DNA of 64,000 nucleotides from Escherichia phage phiWec181. A program made the position numbers and the translations under genes. Where the stretch lies: sequence record LC739534.1, one strand, 5' to 3'. The notes beneath the pieces are model-generated. The model was not told where the DNA came from and did no database searches. It saw only the letters and a program-made list of their open reading frames with translations. Each line of letters begins with the position of its first letter. Within the stretch, counting starts at the first letter, position 1. Positions 43,528 to 51,365 of this stretch are shown piece after piece.

Positions 43528-43806
43528 TTAACGATTATAAACATTGTGGATGGCATCGAAAGCAAGCCGACCATAAGCCGCCAAATCGGGATTGATCCAG
43601 GCGTTATCTAACATCGTTTCAAGGACTGTGGAATCATCGTATAAAGCATCATAAAAATCTGCACGGATGATCGTTTCAATATCGTCCGGTGTTAGTTCCC
43701 TGTTAAGGTTGCAAACCGCTAAAACGTCCACCAATAATTTCCAATCTTGCAAATTAGTGGTTAATACTGTTTTCATTTCTTCGGTTGTGAGTTTAACGAT
43801 GGTCAT
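43528..43806 (-). CDS. hypothetical acidic protein (92 aa)
   Basis: SD AGAGAGATAA upstream. Confidence 0.5.
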   Translation of the reverse strand: MTIVKLTTEEMKTVLTTNLQDWKLLVDVLAVCNLNRELTPDDIETIIRADFYDALYDDSTVLETMLDNAWINPDLAAYGRLAFDAIHNVYNR

Positions 43807-43823
43807 GATTTTATCTCTCTGTT

Positions 43824-43882
43824 AGGCGGGGCGCTTGTCGCCCCTATGTGATACACTTTATCAGATTGGTTGGGCTTGTCAA
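43824..43882 (-). promoter_or_regulatory. PeSL-like cassette, hairpin class III
   Basis: TTGACA, 17 nt, TAnnnT -10, GGGGCG-ACAAG-CGCCCC hairpin, then CDS 43528..43806. Confidence 0.5.
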
Positions 43883-43883
43883 A

Positions 43884-43994
43884 CTATTTTTTCTTTTTCT
43901 TTGCTTCCAACCGTCTAAGGTTACGGCTTGACTTATTGCGCAAGGCGCTTAGATCGTCGTACCCTTTCCATGCTTGCATATCTTTCGGATTCAT
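43884..43994 (-). CDS. small basic protein (36 aa)
   Basis: MNPKDMQAWKGYDDL...KKKKK; SD TAAGGGGGG upstream of ATG 43994. Confidence 0.4.
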   Translation of the reverse strand: MNPKDMQAWKGYDDLSALRNKSSRNLRRLEAKKKKK

Positions 43995-44004
43995 GTTAGC
44001 CCCC

Positions 44005-44211
44005 TTAACGCGTTGCGTAAATAATATGACTTGCCGGACTACTGCAAACCAGGTTAAGCGGCTTGCTGTTATATTGCATCTTGTCGGCTTGTTTGCTTGC
44101 TGCGATGATTCCATCTATTACACGTTGCAAACTAACCTTTACCGCCTTTTTTGCCAACCGTTGACGCTTTACCAGTGCCTGGATCTTTTTCTTGTCTGCG
44201 TTGCTTAACAT
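44005..44211 (-). CDS. hypothetical basic protein (68 aa)
   Basis: SD TAAGGGCG upstream. Confidence 0.45.
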   Translation of the reverse strand: MLSNADKKKIQALVKRQRLAKKAVKVSLQRVIDGIIAASKQADKMQYNSKPLNLVCSSPASHIIYATR

Positions 44212-44220
44212 GGTGCGCCC

Positions 44221-44400
44221 TTACTTGTTAGCCGGATTGTATGCCAGGATCGCGCCGCTTGCTTTCACGCTTTCATCTTCATAGTTGCGCAGATCGTTTT
44301 CTGTAAGATTGAGCGCGATCACTTCCTCGATCTCAATGCCAGTGGCAAGGGCGATCTCTTTAATGATGTTTGATGATCTGATAACGTTTACTGTTTTCAT
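44221..44400 (-). CDS. hypothetical protein (59 aa)
   Basis: SD AAGGTG upstream of ATG 44400. Confidence 0.45.
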   Translation of the reverse strand: MKTVNVIRSSNIIKEIALATGIEIEEVIALNLTENDLRNYEDESVKASGAILAYNPANK

Positions 44401-44410
44401 GGTGTGCACC

Positions 44411-44530
44411 TTATAAGATGATTGATAAGATAGTGATAACGAAAGCGATAACACCAACGGCGATCGTAGTCTTACGCCCTTCGGATACTGCCGGATTCTC
44501 TACCGTGTATTCTACTGTGTATTTGTTCAT
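44411..44530 (-). CDS. small hydrophobic peptide (39 aa)
   Basis: MNKYTVEYTVENPAVSEGRKTTIAVGVIAFVITILSIIL; SD AGAGGATAA upstream; not in ORF track. Confidence 0.4.
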   Translation of the reverse strand: MNKYTVEYTVENPAVSEGRKTTIAVGVIAFVITILSIIL

Positions 44531-44552
44531 TGTGTTATCCTCTCGCTTGCTT

Positions 44553-44610
44553 TGAGAACTATTCCCGCCGCCCTATGAATTAAATATACACTATCCCAAA
44601 ATGATTGCAA
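44553..44610 (-). promoter_or_regulatory. PeSL-like cassette, hairpin class IV (degenerate stem)
   Basis: TTGCAA -35, TAnnnT -10, GGCGGCGGGAATAGTTCTC region with weaker pairing. Confidence 0.4.
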
Positions 44611-44629
44611 GCCTTTTTCTAAATTATTT

Positions 44630-44914
44630 TTATGCAGTAAACAGACCATCATTTACAACGGCGGCGATGATCTCCCGTGCCATTGATTCAGGGAACGGGG
44701 CGCTATAGTCCTGGCTTGTCTCGTCGCTGTCTGTTACCCAATGATAAGCCAACGAGTAAAAGCCTTTACTCCCTGTTTTCAGTGAAACGATGATCACTCG
44801 GTTAAGTCCATCGGTAAACGTTGCCGTTAATGTGTTATCATCTTGCGTCATGTTGGACAAGTAAGCGGCATCATTAACCAGGGAAAACAGTAGCACCGTG
44901 TTAGCTTTAACCAT
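44630..44914 (-). CDS. hypothetical protein (94 aa)
   Basis: SD GAGGAT upstream of ATG 44914, immediately after hairpin. Confidence 0.5.
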   Translation of the reverse strand: MVKANTVLLFSLVNDAAYLSNMTQDDNTLTATFTDGLNRVIIVSLKTGSKGFYSLAYHWVTDSDETSQDYSAPFPESMAREIIAAVVNDGLFTA

Positions 44915-44932
44915 GATTTGATCCTCAAACGG

Positions 44933-44990
44933 GCGCGGCACCATTGCCGCCCTACGTAATACACTTTACCTTATTTCTTCCAAAAAGCAA
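44933..44990 (-). promoter_or_regulatory. PeSL-like cassette, hairpin class I
   Basis: TTGCTT, ~17 nt, TAAAGT, 10 nt, GGCGGCA-ATGG-TGCCGCGC hairpin; -35 overlaps 3' end of upstream CDS. Confidence 0.45.
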
Positions 44991-45171
44991 GTTTATTTGC
45001 AATTGGTGACAAATAACGTTTACCCGCGTAAAACAGTACAGCGACACTAACCACGGCGGCGATCTCATGCATAGCCGACGGGAAACGAGTATCATAATAA
45101 GATCCAATAATAGCAATAGCGGCAACGGCTGCAACGTCGATAATGATTTTTTCTTGTTTTGCGGTGATCAT
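44971..45171 (-). CDS. small membrane protein (66 aa)
   Basis: Two hydrophobic segments; SD AAAAGGTAAAT upstream. Confidence 0.5.
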   Translation of the reverse strand: MITAKQEKIIIDVAAVAAIAIIGSYYDTRFPSAMHEIAAVVSVAVLFYAGKRYLSPIANKLAFWKK

Positions 45172-45192
45172 AATATTTACCTTTTTGTATGG

Positions 45193-45253
45193 TGGGGGGA
45201 ACTATTCCCCGCCCTGATGTAATACAGTTTAACAGATCCGGTTATAGTGTCAA
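45193..45253 (-). promoter_or_regulatory. PeSL-like cassette, hairpin class IV
   Basis: TTGACA, TAnnnT -10, GGGGAA-TAG-TTCCCC hairpin, then CDS 44971..45171. Confidence 0.5.
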
Positions 45254-45259
45254 CCACTT

Positions 45260-45445
45260 TTAAAGATATTTTATACTGATAACATTTTCCGGTTTAACCT
45301 GGTTGTGATAAGCATCAATGTAAATCAAACCATCGTTAGAAACGCCCAGGATCACGCCTTGCGCAATAAAACCGTATCGGTCGCGGTAACGTGCCGCCAC
45401 TTTGTTCGCTGCGTTGTAGGCTGTTTTAATCTCGTTTAAGGTCAT
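45260..45445 (-). CDS. hypothetical protein (61 aa)
   Basis: SD GAGAGGATAA upstream. Confidence 0.5.
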   Translation of the reverse strand: MTLNEIKTAYNAANKVAARYRDRYGFIAQGVILGVSNDGLIYIDAYHNQVKPENVISIKYL

Positions 45446-45469
45446 GTGCTGTTATCCTCTCGTTAGATA

Positions 45470-45493
45470 TAAGAAAGGGCGCTATTTGCGCCC
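45470..45493 (-). terminator. rho-independent terminator
   Basis: GGGCGC-AAATA-GCGCCC hairpin followed by TTTCTTAT on minus strand. Confidence 0.5.
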
Positions 45494-45503
45494 TTGATTT
45501 GTT

Positions 45504-45650
45504 TTAGTCTTCCAGGTCCATCCATGCACGTTTCTCGGTGCGGTCGCGCTTAGTTTTGTTGCGCTTGTCGCCCTTGCGGATCACTTCTTCATTCCACGCT
45601 GCGCGTGTTTTAGAAGATTGGATTTTTTCGGCGCGATTAGATGTATTCAT
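45504..45650 (-). CDS. small basic protein (48 aa)
   Basis: MNTSNRAEKIQSSKTRAAWNEEVIRKGDKRNKTKRDR...; SD AAAGAGGAAA upstream; not in ORF track. Confidence 0.4.
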   Translation of the reverse strand: MNTSNRAEKIQSSKTRAAWNEEVIRKGDKRNKTKRDRTEKRAWMDLED

Positions 45651-45672
45651 GATGTTTCCTCTTTTTAGTTGT

Positions 45673-45731
45673 GAGCGGCACCATTGCCGCCCTACGTGTT
45701 TTAATTTACTTTATTGTTTGATGCCTGTCAA
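45673..45731 (-). promoter_or_regulatory. PeSL-like cassette, hairpin class I
   Basis: TTGACA, TAnnnT -10, GGCGGCA-ATGG-TGCCGCT hairpin, then small ORF 45504..45650. Confidence 0.5.
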
Positions 45732-45748
45732 CTACTTTTAAAAACTTT

Positions 45749-46102
45749 TTATTCGTGGGAAAGTGTAAGGATCACACCTGCAATATATAACCAATAGTTT
45801 TCCCTTTCTTTCTGGATCTTGTTTTCGCTACTACGCTCGTTAATGTACCCCCAGGATGTTAACAACCGATCTACTTCCCAATACTCGAAAGCTATATTAA
45901 TATTTGACGGTAAACCTTGTAACCATGATGCTATTGCTCTGATAATGTTATGATCGTAACGTTTTTGATTATCGGTGTACCAATATTCAGATTTAAAACA
46001 GCGCATCAATTCCGCGATCTTCTCTTTCTCTTCTGTGATGCCATACTCGCTATAATCAATTGAGGCCAGAATATAAAGTTTAATTGCATTTTGTGCTTTC
46101 AT
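45749..46102 (-). CDS. hypothetical protein (117 aa)
   Basis: SD AGAAGAGAGA upstream. Confidence 0.5.
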   Translation of the reverse strand: MKAQNAIKLYILASIDYSEYGITEEKEKIAELMRCFKSEYWYTDNQKRYDHNIIRAIASWLQGLPSNINIAFEYWEVDRLLTSWGYINERSSENKIQKERENYWLYIAGVILTLSHE

Positions 46103-46121
46103 GGTGTCTCTCTTCTGTTGT

Positions 46122-46179
46122 GAGCGGCACCATTGCCGCCCTATGTGTTACATCTTACCGGATTTTTAAAACTTGTCAA
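46122..46179 (-). promoter_or_regulatory. PeSL-like cassette, hairpin class I
   Basis: TTGACA, TAAGAT -10, GGCGGCA-ATGG-TGCCGCT hairpin, then CDS 45749..46102. Confidence 0.5.
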
Positions 46180-46401
46180 TCATTTTTCTACTATCATTTG
46201 ATAACCTGTTTCAAGGTTAGTAAACACCGTGATCCCGTCCTGGCGTTCACTCATAAGCAAGCAAGGCGCTAACATCCTTCCTACTTCCTTGCACTCGTTA
46301 TAAGCGGCGGTAATGTCTCCCGCTGCTTTGTCTTCTGTGGTGAATGTATCGTTTACGTAAACTTTACCAGCGACAACGGCGACAATAGCAAAAGTGATCA
46401 T
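46180..46401 (-). CDS. hypothetical protein (73 aa) with hydrophobic N-terminus
   Basis: SD AAAGAGGAAAAC upstream of ATG 46401; ORF-track start 46473 lacks SD. Confidence 0.45.
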   Translation of the reverse strand: MITFAIVAVVAGKVYVNDTFTTEDKAAGDITAAYNECKEVGRMLAPCLLMSERQDGITVFTNLETGYQMIVEK

Positions 46402-46479
46402 GATGTTTTCCTCTTTGTGTTTTTCGTTTTGATTAGTTGATAATACAGCAATTCGCAGATTAGTCTTTAGCAATTCATG

Positions 46480-46698
46480 CTATTTACTCACAACAGTATC
46501 GAAAACAAATTTTTCTTTGTTGTCGAAGCTAACATATCCGATTCGACCACGCAAGCCGCCAGTAGTGCCGTATTCGTAACCATCAAGGCCTTTAACCTTC
46601 CAATCCGTACCCATTAAAACCGCATTATATTTCTGACCAACTACAAACGCGCCACCAGTTGATTCAATGCAAACAACTTTAATTTTACGGATTGCCAT
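46480..46698 (-). CDS. hypothetical protein (72 aa)
   Basis: SD AAAGAGAGAAAG upstream. Confidence 0.5.
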   Translation of the reverse strand: MAIRKIKVVCIESTGGAFVVGQKYNAVLMGTDWKVKGLDGYEYGTTGGLRGRIGYVSFDNKEKFVFDTVVSK

Positions 46699-46766
46699 TT
46701 TCTTTCTCTCTTTGTGGTGATTGGTTTCTCTTCTCTATAGCGCCCATTATAAGGCGCTATAACGAA

Positions 46767-46934
46767 AAGTCAACGATTATTTTTTACGGCTTAAGGTGCC
46801 CAAGTTATCAGCGTGACGCAGACCAGGGAAGATCCAAGCGCCGGATTCATCTTTTACAGGTGCCTTAACACTTGCGCCCAGGTTGGCGGCGTTAACTTTA
46901 CGTGCTACGTTGCGAGCGGCTTCACGGGTAGTAA
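46767..46934 (-). CDS. small protein (~55 aa)
   Basis: MITFTTREAARNVARKVNAANLGA...; SD AGAGGAAAAC upstream; not in ORF track. Confidence 0.4.
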
Positions 46935-46957
46935 AAGTAATCATGATGTTTTCCTCT

Positions 46958-47020
46958 TCTCTTTGTTAGGCGGTGGACCATTCCGCCGCCTTGATGTAAT
47001 ACAGTTTACTCTATTTTTAT
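46958..47020 (-). promoter_or_regulatory. PeSL-like cassette, hairpin class II
   Basis: TTGCAA, 16 nt, TAAACT, ~11 nt, GGCGGCGGA-ATGG-TCCACCGCC hairpin. Confidence 0.5.
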
Positions 47021-47165
47021 TTCTTTGCAACTACTTTTATATTTTCTTTCTTTGCCTCTTCCACCTGGTCCGCCCACTGCTTACCCCACGTTTGAGCGTT
47101 ATAGTGATATTGACAAAGAGCAACACCACGTTTTAAACCAGCGATAGACTTTTTACCACATTGAC
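47007..47165 (-). CDS. small Cys-containing protein (52 aa)
   Basis: MKTCQCGKKSIAGLKRGVALCQYHY...; SD TAAGGGA upstream; overlaps -35 of downstream cassette; not in ORF track. Confidence 0.4.
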
Positions 47166-47186
47166 AAGTTTTCATTTTGTGATCCC

Positions 47187-47399
47187 TTAGTTGATGATAG
47201 TCAGTGTAAAATTATAATCACCATTCTTATATAACACCATATTACCGAAGGTGCCGACTCGACGCATATCCATACGGATACCTATAACATCTTTAACGTC
47301 TTTAATGTTTTTAACGCCCGTGATATCTTTATTAAAATATTCCTCGTCTGAAAATAAAACTTGACTTGCATTTTTTAACAGTGTGCGGATATTAGCCAT
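47187..47399 (-). CDS. hypothetical protein (70 aa)
   Basis: Purine-rich AGAAGAGAGA upstream. Confidence 0.5.
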   Translation of the reverse strand: MANIRTLLKNASQVLFSDEEYFNKDITGVKNIKDVKDVIGIRMDMRRVGTFGNMVLYKNGDYNFTLTIIN

Positions 47400-47422
47400 C
47401 GTGATAATCTCTCTTCTGTTGT

Positions 47423-47480
47423 GAGCGGCACCATTGCCGCCCTACGTAATACAGTTTACTCTTTTTCTTTCCGGTGTCAA
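47423..47480 (-). promoter_or_regulatory. PeSL-like cassette, hairpin class I
   Basis: TTGACA, 16 nt, TAAACT, 10 nt, GGCGGCA-ATGG-TGCCGCT hairpin, then CDS 47187..47399. Confidence 0.5.
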
Positions 47481-47488
47481 CAATCTTT

Positions 47489-47716
47489 TTAGATTAATTC
47501 GTCCAGGCATAACAGGCGATCAACGTTGAGATCGGTCAGGCTGATGGTTGGCACCTGATAAGATTCGATGTACTCGACGCTTGCATATTCCCCAAAGTTA
47601 GCAATAGCCCACTTATTCAAGATCTCACATACATCATTAATCTTTTTGTTTGTTACAACTGCAATAACCTGGGAAGTGCCAACGGTGCCGGATACGCGAA
47701 CAATATTGATAGCCAT
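47489..47716 (-). CDS. hypothetical protein (75 aa)
   Basis: SD AGAAGAGAGAAAA upstream. Confidence 0.5.
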   Translation of the reverse strand: MAINIVRVSGTVGTSQVIAVVTNKKINDVCEILNKWAIANFGEYASVEYIESYQVPTISLTDLNVDRLLCLDELI

Positions 47717-47735
47717 GATTTTTCTCTCTTCTGTT

Positions 47736-47794
47736 AGGCGGGGCGCTTGTCGCCCCTATGTGATACATCTTACACTAATTTAAAACTTTGTCAA
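47736..47794 (-). promoter_or_regulatory. PeSL-like cassette, hairpin class III
   Basis: TTGACA, TAAGAT -10, GGGGCG-ACAAG-CGCCCC hairpin, then CDS 47489..47716. Confidence 0.5.
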
Positions 47795-47795
47795 A

Positions 47796-47876
47796 TTATT
47801 TTCTATTTCTTCCGTAATAGCCCAATTTATGATCTAAGCTAAAACGTTTTGTGAGATAGGTCGAACGATGTTTCAT
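47796..47876 (-). CDS. tiny basic peptide (26 aa), speculative
   Basis: MKHRSTYLTKRFSLDHKLGYYGRNRK; SD AAAGGAGAC upstream; may be spurious. Confidence 0.25.
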   Translation of the reverse strand: MKHRSTYLTKRFSLDHKLGYYGRNRK

Positions 47877-47889
47877 TTTTATGTCTCCT

Positions 47890-48129
47890 TTACATTCCAA
47901 CCATAGCGGCGCGGATCGCGGTAGTGCTATACTTGAAACCGTCTGGAGTTTTATCTTGTCCAGTCTGTTCCAGAAAGAGCATCATATCACGCGCCGCATC
48001 GTTACGGTTAGAATTATAACTAATAAATTCTTTCGCGGTGCGGTATAATGATTCATCGTTATTAATCCAAAGGCTTACATTCCAATGAGTTTTGTTTTTG
48101 TGACCTAAGAACATTTTTGATTTAGCCAT
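47890..48129 (-). CDS. hypothetical protein (79 aa)
   Basis: SD AAAAAGAGA upstream. Confidence 0.5.
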   Translation of the reverse strand: MAKSKMFLGHKNKTHWNVSLWINNDESLYRTAKEFISYNSNRNDAARDMMLFLEQTGQDKTPDGFKYSTTAIRAAMVGM

Positions 48130-48150
48130 GATGTTAATCTCTTTTTCAGT

Positions 48151-48212
48151 GAGGCGGGAACTATTCCCGCGCCCTATGTAATACAGTTTACTCTTTTTAT
48201 TCGTGCTGTCAA
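48151..48212 (-). promoter_or_regulatory. PeSL-like cassette, hairpin class IV
   Basis: TTGACA, TAAACT -10, GCGGGAA-TAG-TTCCCGC hairpin, then CDS 47890..48129. Confidence 0.5.
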
Positions 48213-48218
48213 TGCTTT

Positions 48219-48572
48219 TTATAAATCTTTTTTACGTTTTACATCGCTTGCATGACTGTATACAGCGATCCCATTATCACGACAAAAACGGGTAAGGTAT
48301 GATCCGCGTGAAAACTCTTTCCCTTCCAGGTCAACAACCTTGCTAAATTCTTCCAGGGCAACGGTATCAAAATGATCACCATAACCATATTGAAACGGCA
48401 CGTTAACAACTTCAATCAATTTACCGCCGATCTCAACGTCCACGCTTAAAGAAAAATATGTGTTACCGTAGGACTGTTGAAACCAGCGACGGGCGCTAAT
48501 GTGAACGGCTTCAATCTCACCAATTTTAAATTGAGTGTTACCCAGGATCGCAACGTTGATATTTTTAGCCAT
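48219..48572 (-). CDS. hypothetical protein (117 aa)
   Basis: SD AAAGAGAGAAAA upstream. Confidence 0.5.
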   Translation of the reverse strand: MAKNINVAILGNTQFKIGEIEAVHISARRWFQQSYGNTYFSLSVDVEIGGKLIEVVNVPFQYGYGDHFDTVALEEFSKVVDLEGKEFSRGSYLTRFCRDNGIAVYSHASDVKRKKDL

Positions 48573-48597
48573 GATTTTTTCTCTCTTTTTGGTTAGT

Positions 48598-48649
48598 GGG
48601 AAGTGTTCCCGATAAAAGTTATTATGCTTATACTATCGTTTTTTGTCAA
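48598..48649 (-). promoter_or_regulatory. PeSL-like cassette, hairpin class IV
   Basis: TTGACA, 17 nt, CATAAT, 10 nt, GGGAAC-ACT-TCCC hairpin, then CDS 48219..48572. Confidence 0.45.
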
Positions 48650-48668
48650 TAGTATAAGACTAAAACTT

Positions 48669-48848
48669 TTAACGATAATCATCGTAGGCTTTATTAACCT
48701 GGCGAATATAACATTCGAAAGCGAGATCAATAGAATCATATTCCCGCACATAATCCCCGTAAGAAACTACATACACACCTTTTTGATCCTCAAACGTCAT
48801 GATGATAGAATCCAGGCCGATGATTTCAGTTTTAGCGATGATAGTCAT
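48669..48848 (-). CDS. hypothetical protein (59 aa)
   Basis: MTIIAKTEIIGLDSIIMTFEDQKGVYVVSYGDYV...; SD AAAAAGGT upstream; not in ORF track. Confidence 0.45.
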   Translation of the reverse strand: MTIIAKTEIIGLDSIIMTFEDQKGVYVVSYGDYVREYDSIDLAFECYIRQVNKAYDDYR

Positions 48849-48867
48849 AATAATAACCTTTTTATTG

Positions 48868-48926
48868 TTGGCGGCACCATTGCCGCCCTACGTGATAAAC
48901 TATACCAGAATTTTAAACAGTGTCAA
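48868..48926 (-). promoter_or_regulatory. PeSL-like cassette, hairpin class I
   Basis: TTGACA, TAnnnT -10, GGCGGCA-ATGG-TGCCGCC hairpin, then CDS 48669..48848. Confidence 0.5.
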
Positions 48927-48936
48927 ACGTTTTTTC

Positions 48937-49182
48937 TTAGTTTGCGAAATATGGCGCGGCGGCTGATGCCGTTAATCTCCAAGTGATTTGGCTATCGATC
49001 AAGTATTCTTCATTCTTGATCCGCACGGTATCAATCGAGAAGTTACTGAAAGGCTTGCTCTTGATTTTACGAACAACCGTTACACGACGGTTATTTTTCA
49101 TCTCTTTTAACTGAATCCAGGCGTAACCTTTTTCATTGACAAATATTTCATTGTGATTGGTGATAGATGATAAGTGTTTCAT
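48937..49182 (-). CDS. hypothetical protein (81 aa)
   Basis: SD AGAAGAGAGAAAA upstream. Confidence 0.5.
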   Translation of the reverse strand: MKHLSSITNHNEIFVNEKGYAWIQLKEMKNNRRVTVVRKIKSKPFSNFSIDTVRIKNEEYLIDSQITWRLTASAAAPYFAN

Positions 49183-49203
49183 GATTTTTCTCTCTTCTGT
49201 TTT

Positions 49204-49265
49204 GAGCGGTGGACCATTCCGCCGCCCTATGTGTTACATCTTACTACTTTTTTAAACATTGTCAA
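49204..49265 (-). promoter_or_regulatory. PeSL-like cassette, hairpin class II
   Basis: TTGACA, TAAGAT -10, GGCGGCGGA-ATGG-TCCACCGC hairpin, then CDS 48937..49182. Confidence 0.5.
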
Positions 49266-49273
49266 GGATATTT

Positions 49274-49555
49274 TTAACTATATGATCCACATCGTTCGCA
49301 GTAGTGATCATCGTCGTCATCTGCTACCTGGCTGATAAAATGATCTACCTTTGCTTTCAAATTATTATAATTGCTTTCTACTTCCTGTAGTCGTCGTTGG
49401 TAGTATTCCAGGGCTTGCACATAGGCCATTTGTTCGGTTTTAGCTTGCATAGCTAAATTCATGCCACGCGTTTCATCGTATAACCAATAACCATCATTAC
49501 ATTCACTAATAGATAGTGTAGGGCTTAGTTTTTCGTGACGGATAACCTTGCTCAT
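49274..49555 (-). CDS. hypothetical protein (93 aa), coiled-coil-like with C-terminal CxxC
   Basis: SD TAAGGGG upstream; ends ...HYCERCGSYS. Confidence 0.5.
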   Translation of the reverse strand: MSKVIRHEKLSPTLSISECNDGYWLYDETRGMNLAMQAKTEQMAYVQALEYYQRRLQEVESNYNNLKAKVDHFISQVADDDDDHYCERCGSYS

Positions 49556-49565
49556 AGTGTGCCCC

Positions 49566-49676
49566 TTACTTCAAAATGATTGTTGTGATAACTGCTACGG
49601 TGATCCAGAATGGAACAACTAAGATAATAGCGTTAATCGTTCCAACTGTCAAACTATTTTCTTTCTTGATCATCAT
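49566..49676 (-). CDS. small hydrophobic peptide (36 aa)
   Basis: MMIKKENSLTVGTINAIILVVPFWITVAVITTIILK; SD AAGGAAAAC upstream; in frame with track ORF 49566..49799, whose N-terminal extension is rejected. Confidence 0.4.
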   Translation of the reverse strand: MMIKKENSLTVGTINAIILVVPFWITVAVITTIILK

Positions 49677-49683
49677 GTTTTCC

Positions 49684-49767
49684 TTACAGTGTCCAAAGAA
49701 TGATTTCAAGTGCAGCACGGAAACCAGGAATAAAATTGATTGCAAAAAACAGGGAAGTAGTAAACAT
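49684..49767 (-). CDS. small hydrophobic peptide (27 aa)
   Basis: MFTTSLFFAINFIPGFRAALEIILWTL; SD GAAAGGATAG upstream; not in ORF track. Confidence 0.35.
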   Translation of the reverse strand: MFTTSLFFAINFIPGFRAALEIILWTL

Positions 49768-49786
49768 TTTTCTATCCTTTCAGTTG

Positions 49787-49845
49787 TGAGCGGCACCATT
49801 GCCGCCTGATGAGTTAACTATAAGGGATCACGTTTTACCTGTCAA
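49787..49845 (-). promoter_or_regulatory. PeSL-like cassette, hairpin class I
   Basis: TTGACA, TAnnnT -10, GGCGGCA-ATGG-TGCCGCT hairpin, then the two small hydrophobic peptide ORFs. Confidence 0.5.
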
Positions 49846-50399
49846 CCTAAATCATCAAAATAAAGATAATTTTTTTCGGCTTCTTTCTTCTCTTCCTGTG
49901 ATGCCTCAAAGACTGGGAGAAAGTGATCAAAGGCGACGCACTCAACCGCTTGATCGTCTTCCTCTTCCTGGTCTTCCTCCTGGGCTATGGCTGCAATTTT
50001 GGCTAATTTCCTTTCAGCCTGGATCAGCTTACCATCTAAAACGCTTTTAGCGGTGCTGTACGCCGTCCAAGTGATGCGCTTACTTTCCAGCGCGGCATCA
50101 AGCGCCGCTATCTTGCTGGGGTATTCATCCAGGACACGAAAAGCCGGATCTACCTTGTACAGCGGATTATCTTTCGCGCCGTCGCTATCATCTGCGGCGC
50201 TTGCAATGTCAGCGTTACCATTCGCCAGCCAACCAGGGCGATCGCTGCGTGTTTTGGTATTCCCATGACTACGCGCCGATCTGTTGCCTACTTGCTCGCC
50301 ACTATAGCCAGGAGCATGATCGATCATGTCGTCCGGTATAATGCGCGGATCATTAACGTCATGTTTTACCCAGGACTGGATCACATATTCGCGCCCCAT
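49842..50399 (-). CDS. hypothetical protein (185 aa), acidic C-terminus
   Basis: SD AAAAGGGGTG upstream. Confidence 0.55.
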   Translation of the reverse strand: MGREYVIQSWVKHDVNDPRIIPDDMIDHAPGYSGEQVGNRSARSHGNTKTRSDRPGWLANGNADIASAADDSDGAKDNPLYKVDPAFRVLDEYPSKIAALDAALESKRITWTAYSTAKSVLDGKLIQAERKLAKIAAIAQEEDQEEEDDQAVECVAFDHFLPVFEASQEEKKEAEKNYLYFDDLG

Positions 50400-50659
50400 T
50401 ATACACCCCTTTTAACAATCATTTCACACACAAGAAATAAGCTGGCGGAATCACGGCAAGGATAGAAAGATGTACGATAATCTCTCACCCCTGCTTTTAT
50501 GATCTCCGTGGTTTTACCTGATAGCACATTGTAAATAGTGTAACTTGTCGGACTGTTTTTATATACCTTGCCAGGGTAGATCATAACATAACGAGCAAGG
50601 TTATAAAATTCCTCGTTACGAAAGGCTATGATCTTCCCGCATACCTTAAGAAAGTGCAC
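50399..50659 (-). CDS. hypothetical protein (86 aa), GTG start
   Basis: GTG preceded by TAAGGGGGG at 6 nt; start overlaps downstream gene stop. Confidence 0.45.
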   Translation of the reverse strand: MHFLKVCGKIIAFRNEEFYNLARYVMIYPGKVYKNSPTSYTIYNVLSGKTTEIIKAGVRDYRTSFYPCRDSASLFLVCEMIVKRGV

Positions 50660-50669
50660 GTTAGCCCCC

Positions 50670-50942
50670 TTACAGCAAAAAGTTTACTTGTCTTGCTGTT
50701 AATGTAGTATCAACCATTTTCGGGCTTTTATAATTGACAAAACGCGCGGTTTTTTCAATAGCGAAGCCGAGATAATCTTGTTTGTTGAAATTACATTCTT
50801 TCTTAAATGTTTCCCGTGCAATGGCGATCGCTGCGTCCAGGGATAAACGCCCGTCAATATTGATATTTGCGAAAGATCCGCCACCGCTCATAGGTTTACC
50901 AGTGGTGCCCGTTACGATCATTGTTGCGCTATATGATGCCAT
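50670..50942 (-). CDS. hypothetical protein (90 aa)
   Basis: ATG 50942 preceded by AAGAGAGATTATC; ORF-track start 50978 would lie inside the hairpin cassette. Confidence 0.5.
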   Translation of the reverse strand: MASYSATMIVTGTTGKPMSGGGSFANINIDGRLSLDAAIAIARETFKKECNFNKQDYLGFAIEKTARFVNYKSPKMVDTTLTARQVNFLL

Positions 50943-50964
50943 GATGATAATCTCTCTTAGTTGT

Positions 50965-51026
50965 GAGCGGTGGACCATTCCGCCGCTCTACGTGATACAT
51001 CTTATCAGGTTGTTGCCTGTTGTCAA
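50965..51026 (-). promoter_or_regulatory. PeSL-like cassette, hairpin class II
   Basis: TTGACA, TAAGAT -10, AGCGGCGGA-ATGG-TCCACCGCT hairpin, then CDS 50670..50942. Confidence 0.5.
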
Positions 51027-51032
51027 TACTTT

Positions 51033-51230
51033 TTATTCAAGCCCTACGATATGTAAGACACGGCGATTAGCAATAGCGTGCTGGTCTTCTGTTATAACGC
51101 CCATTTCTACCAGTGAATCAAGAAAGGAAAGCACCGTGATATATTCGTCATCGGGTACACTCATTTCATTAGTACCGTTTACCACTACGTTGATTTGTCC
51201 TGCTTTCGCTACAATGTGCAATGTTGCCAT
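51033..51230 (-). CDS. hypothetical protein (65 aa)
   Basis: SD CTGGAG upstream; long GC-rich leader. Confidence 0.5.
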   Translation of the reverse strand: MATLHIVAKAGQINVVVNGTNEMSVPDDEYITVLSFLDSLVEMGVITEDQHAIANRRVLHIVGLE

Positions 51231-51365
51231 GATCTTAACTCCAGGTGATGAATGATGTTTTTTGTTGGTTGACGGTGGATTATGGAGATCCTCACCTTTG
51301 CCCGTCCTGCATTGCGCCCTCCTGTTGTTTATTGTCGTTGTGCCTCGCCCCCCTCGACAAGATTA

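Noticed and set aside
48603-48986. 127-aa + strand ORF
   Set aside because: Spans a cassette promoter and is antisense to SD-led minus-strand genes 48669..48848 and 48937..49182.
39886-51026. Regularly recurring GC-rich repeat with variable intervening sequence, superficially like a CRISPR array
   Set aside because: Intervals are 300-700 bp and contain SD-led ORFs; repeats are imperfect and embedded in promoter elements; no cas genes or leader. These are promoter/hairpin cassettes.
50782-51255. 157-aa + strand ORF
   Set aside because: Antisense to minus-strand genes 50670..50942 and 51033..51230 and spanning a promoter cassette; no SD.
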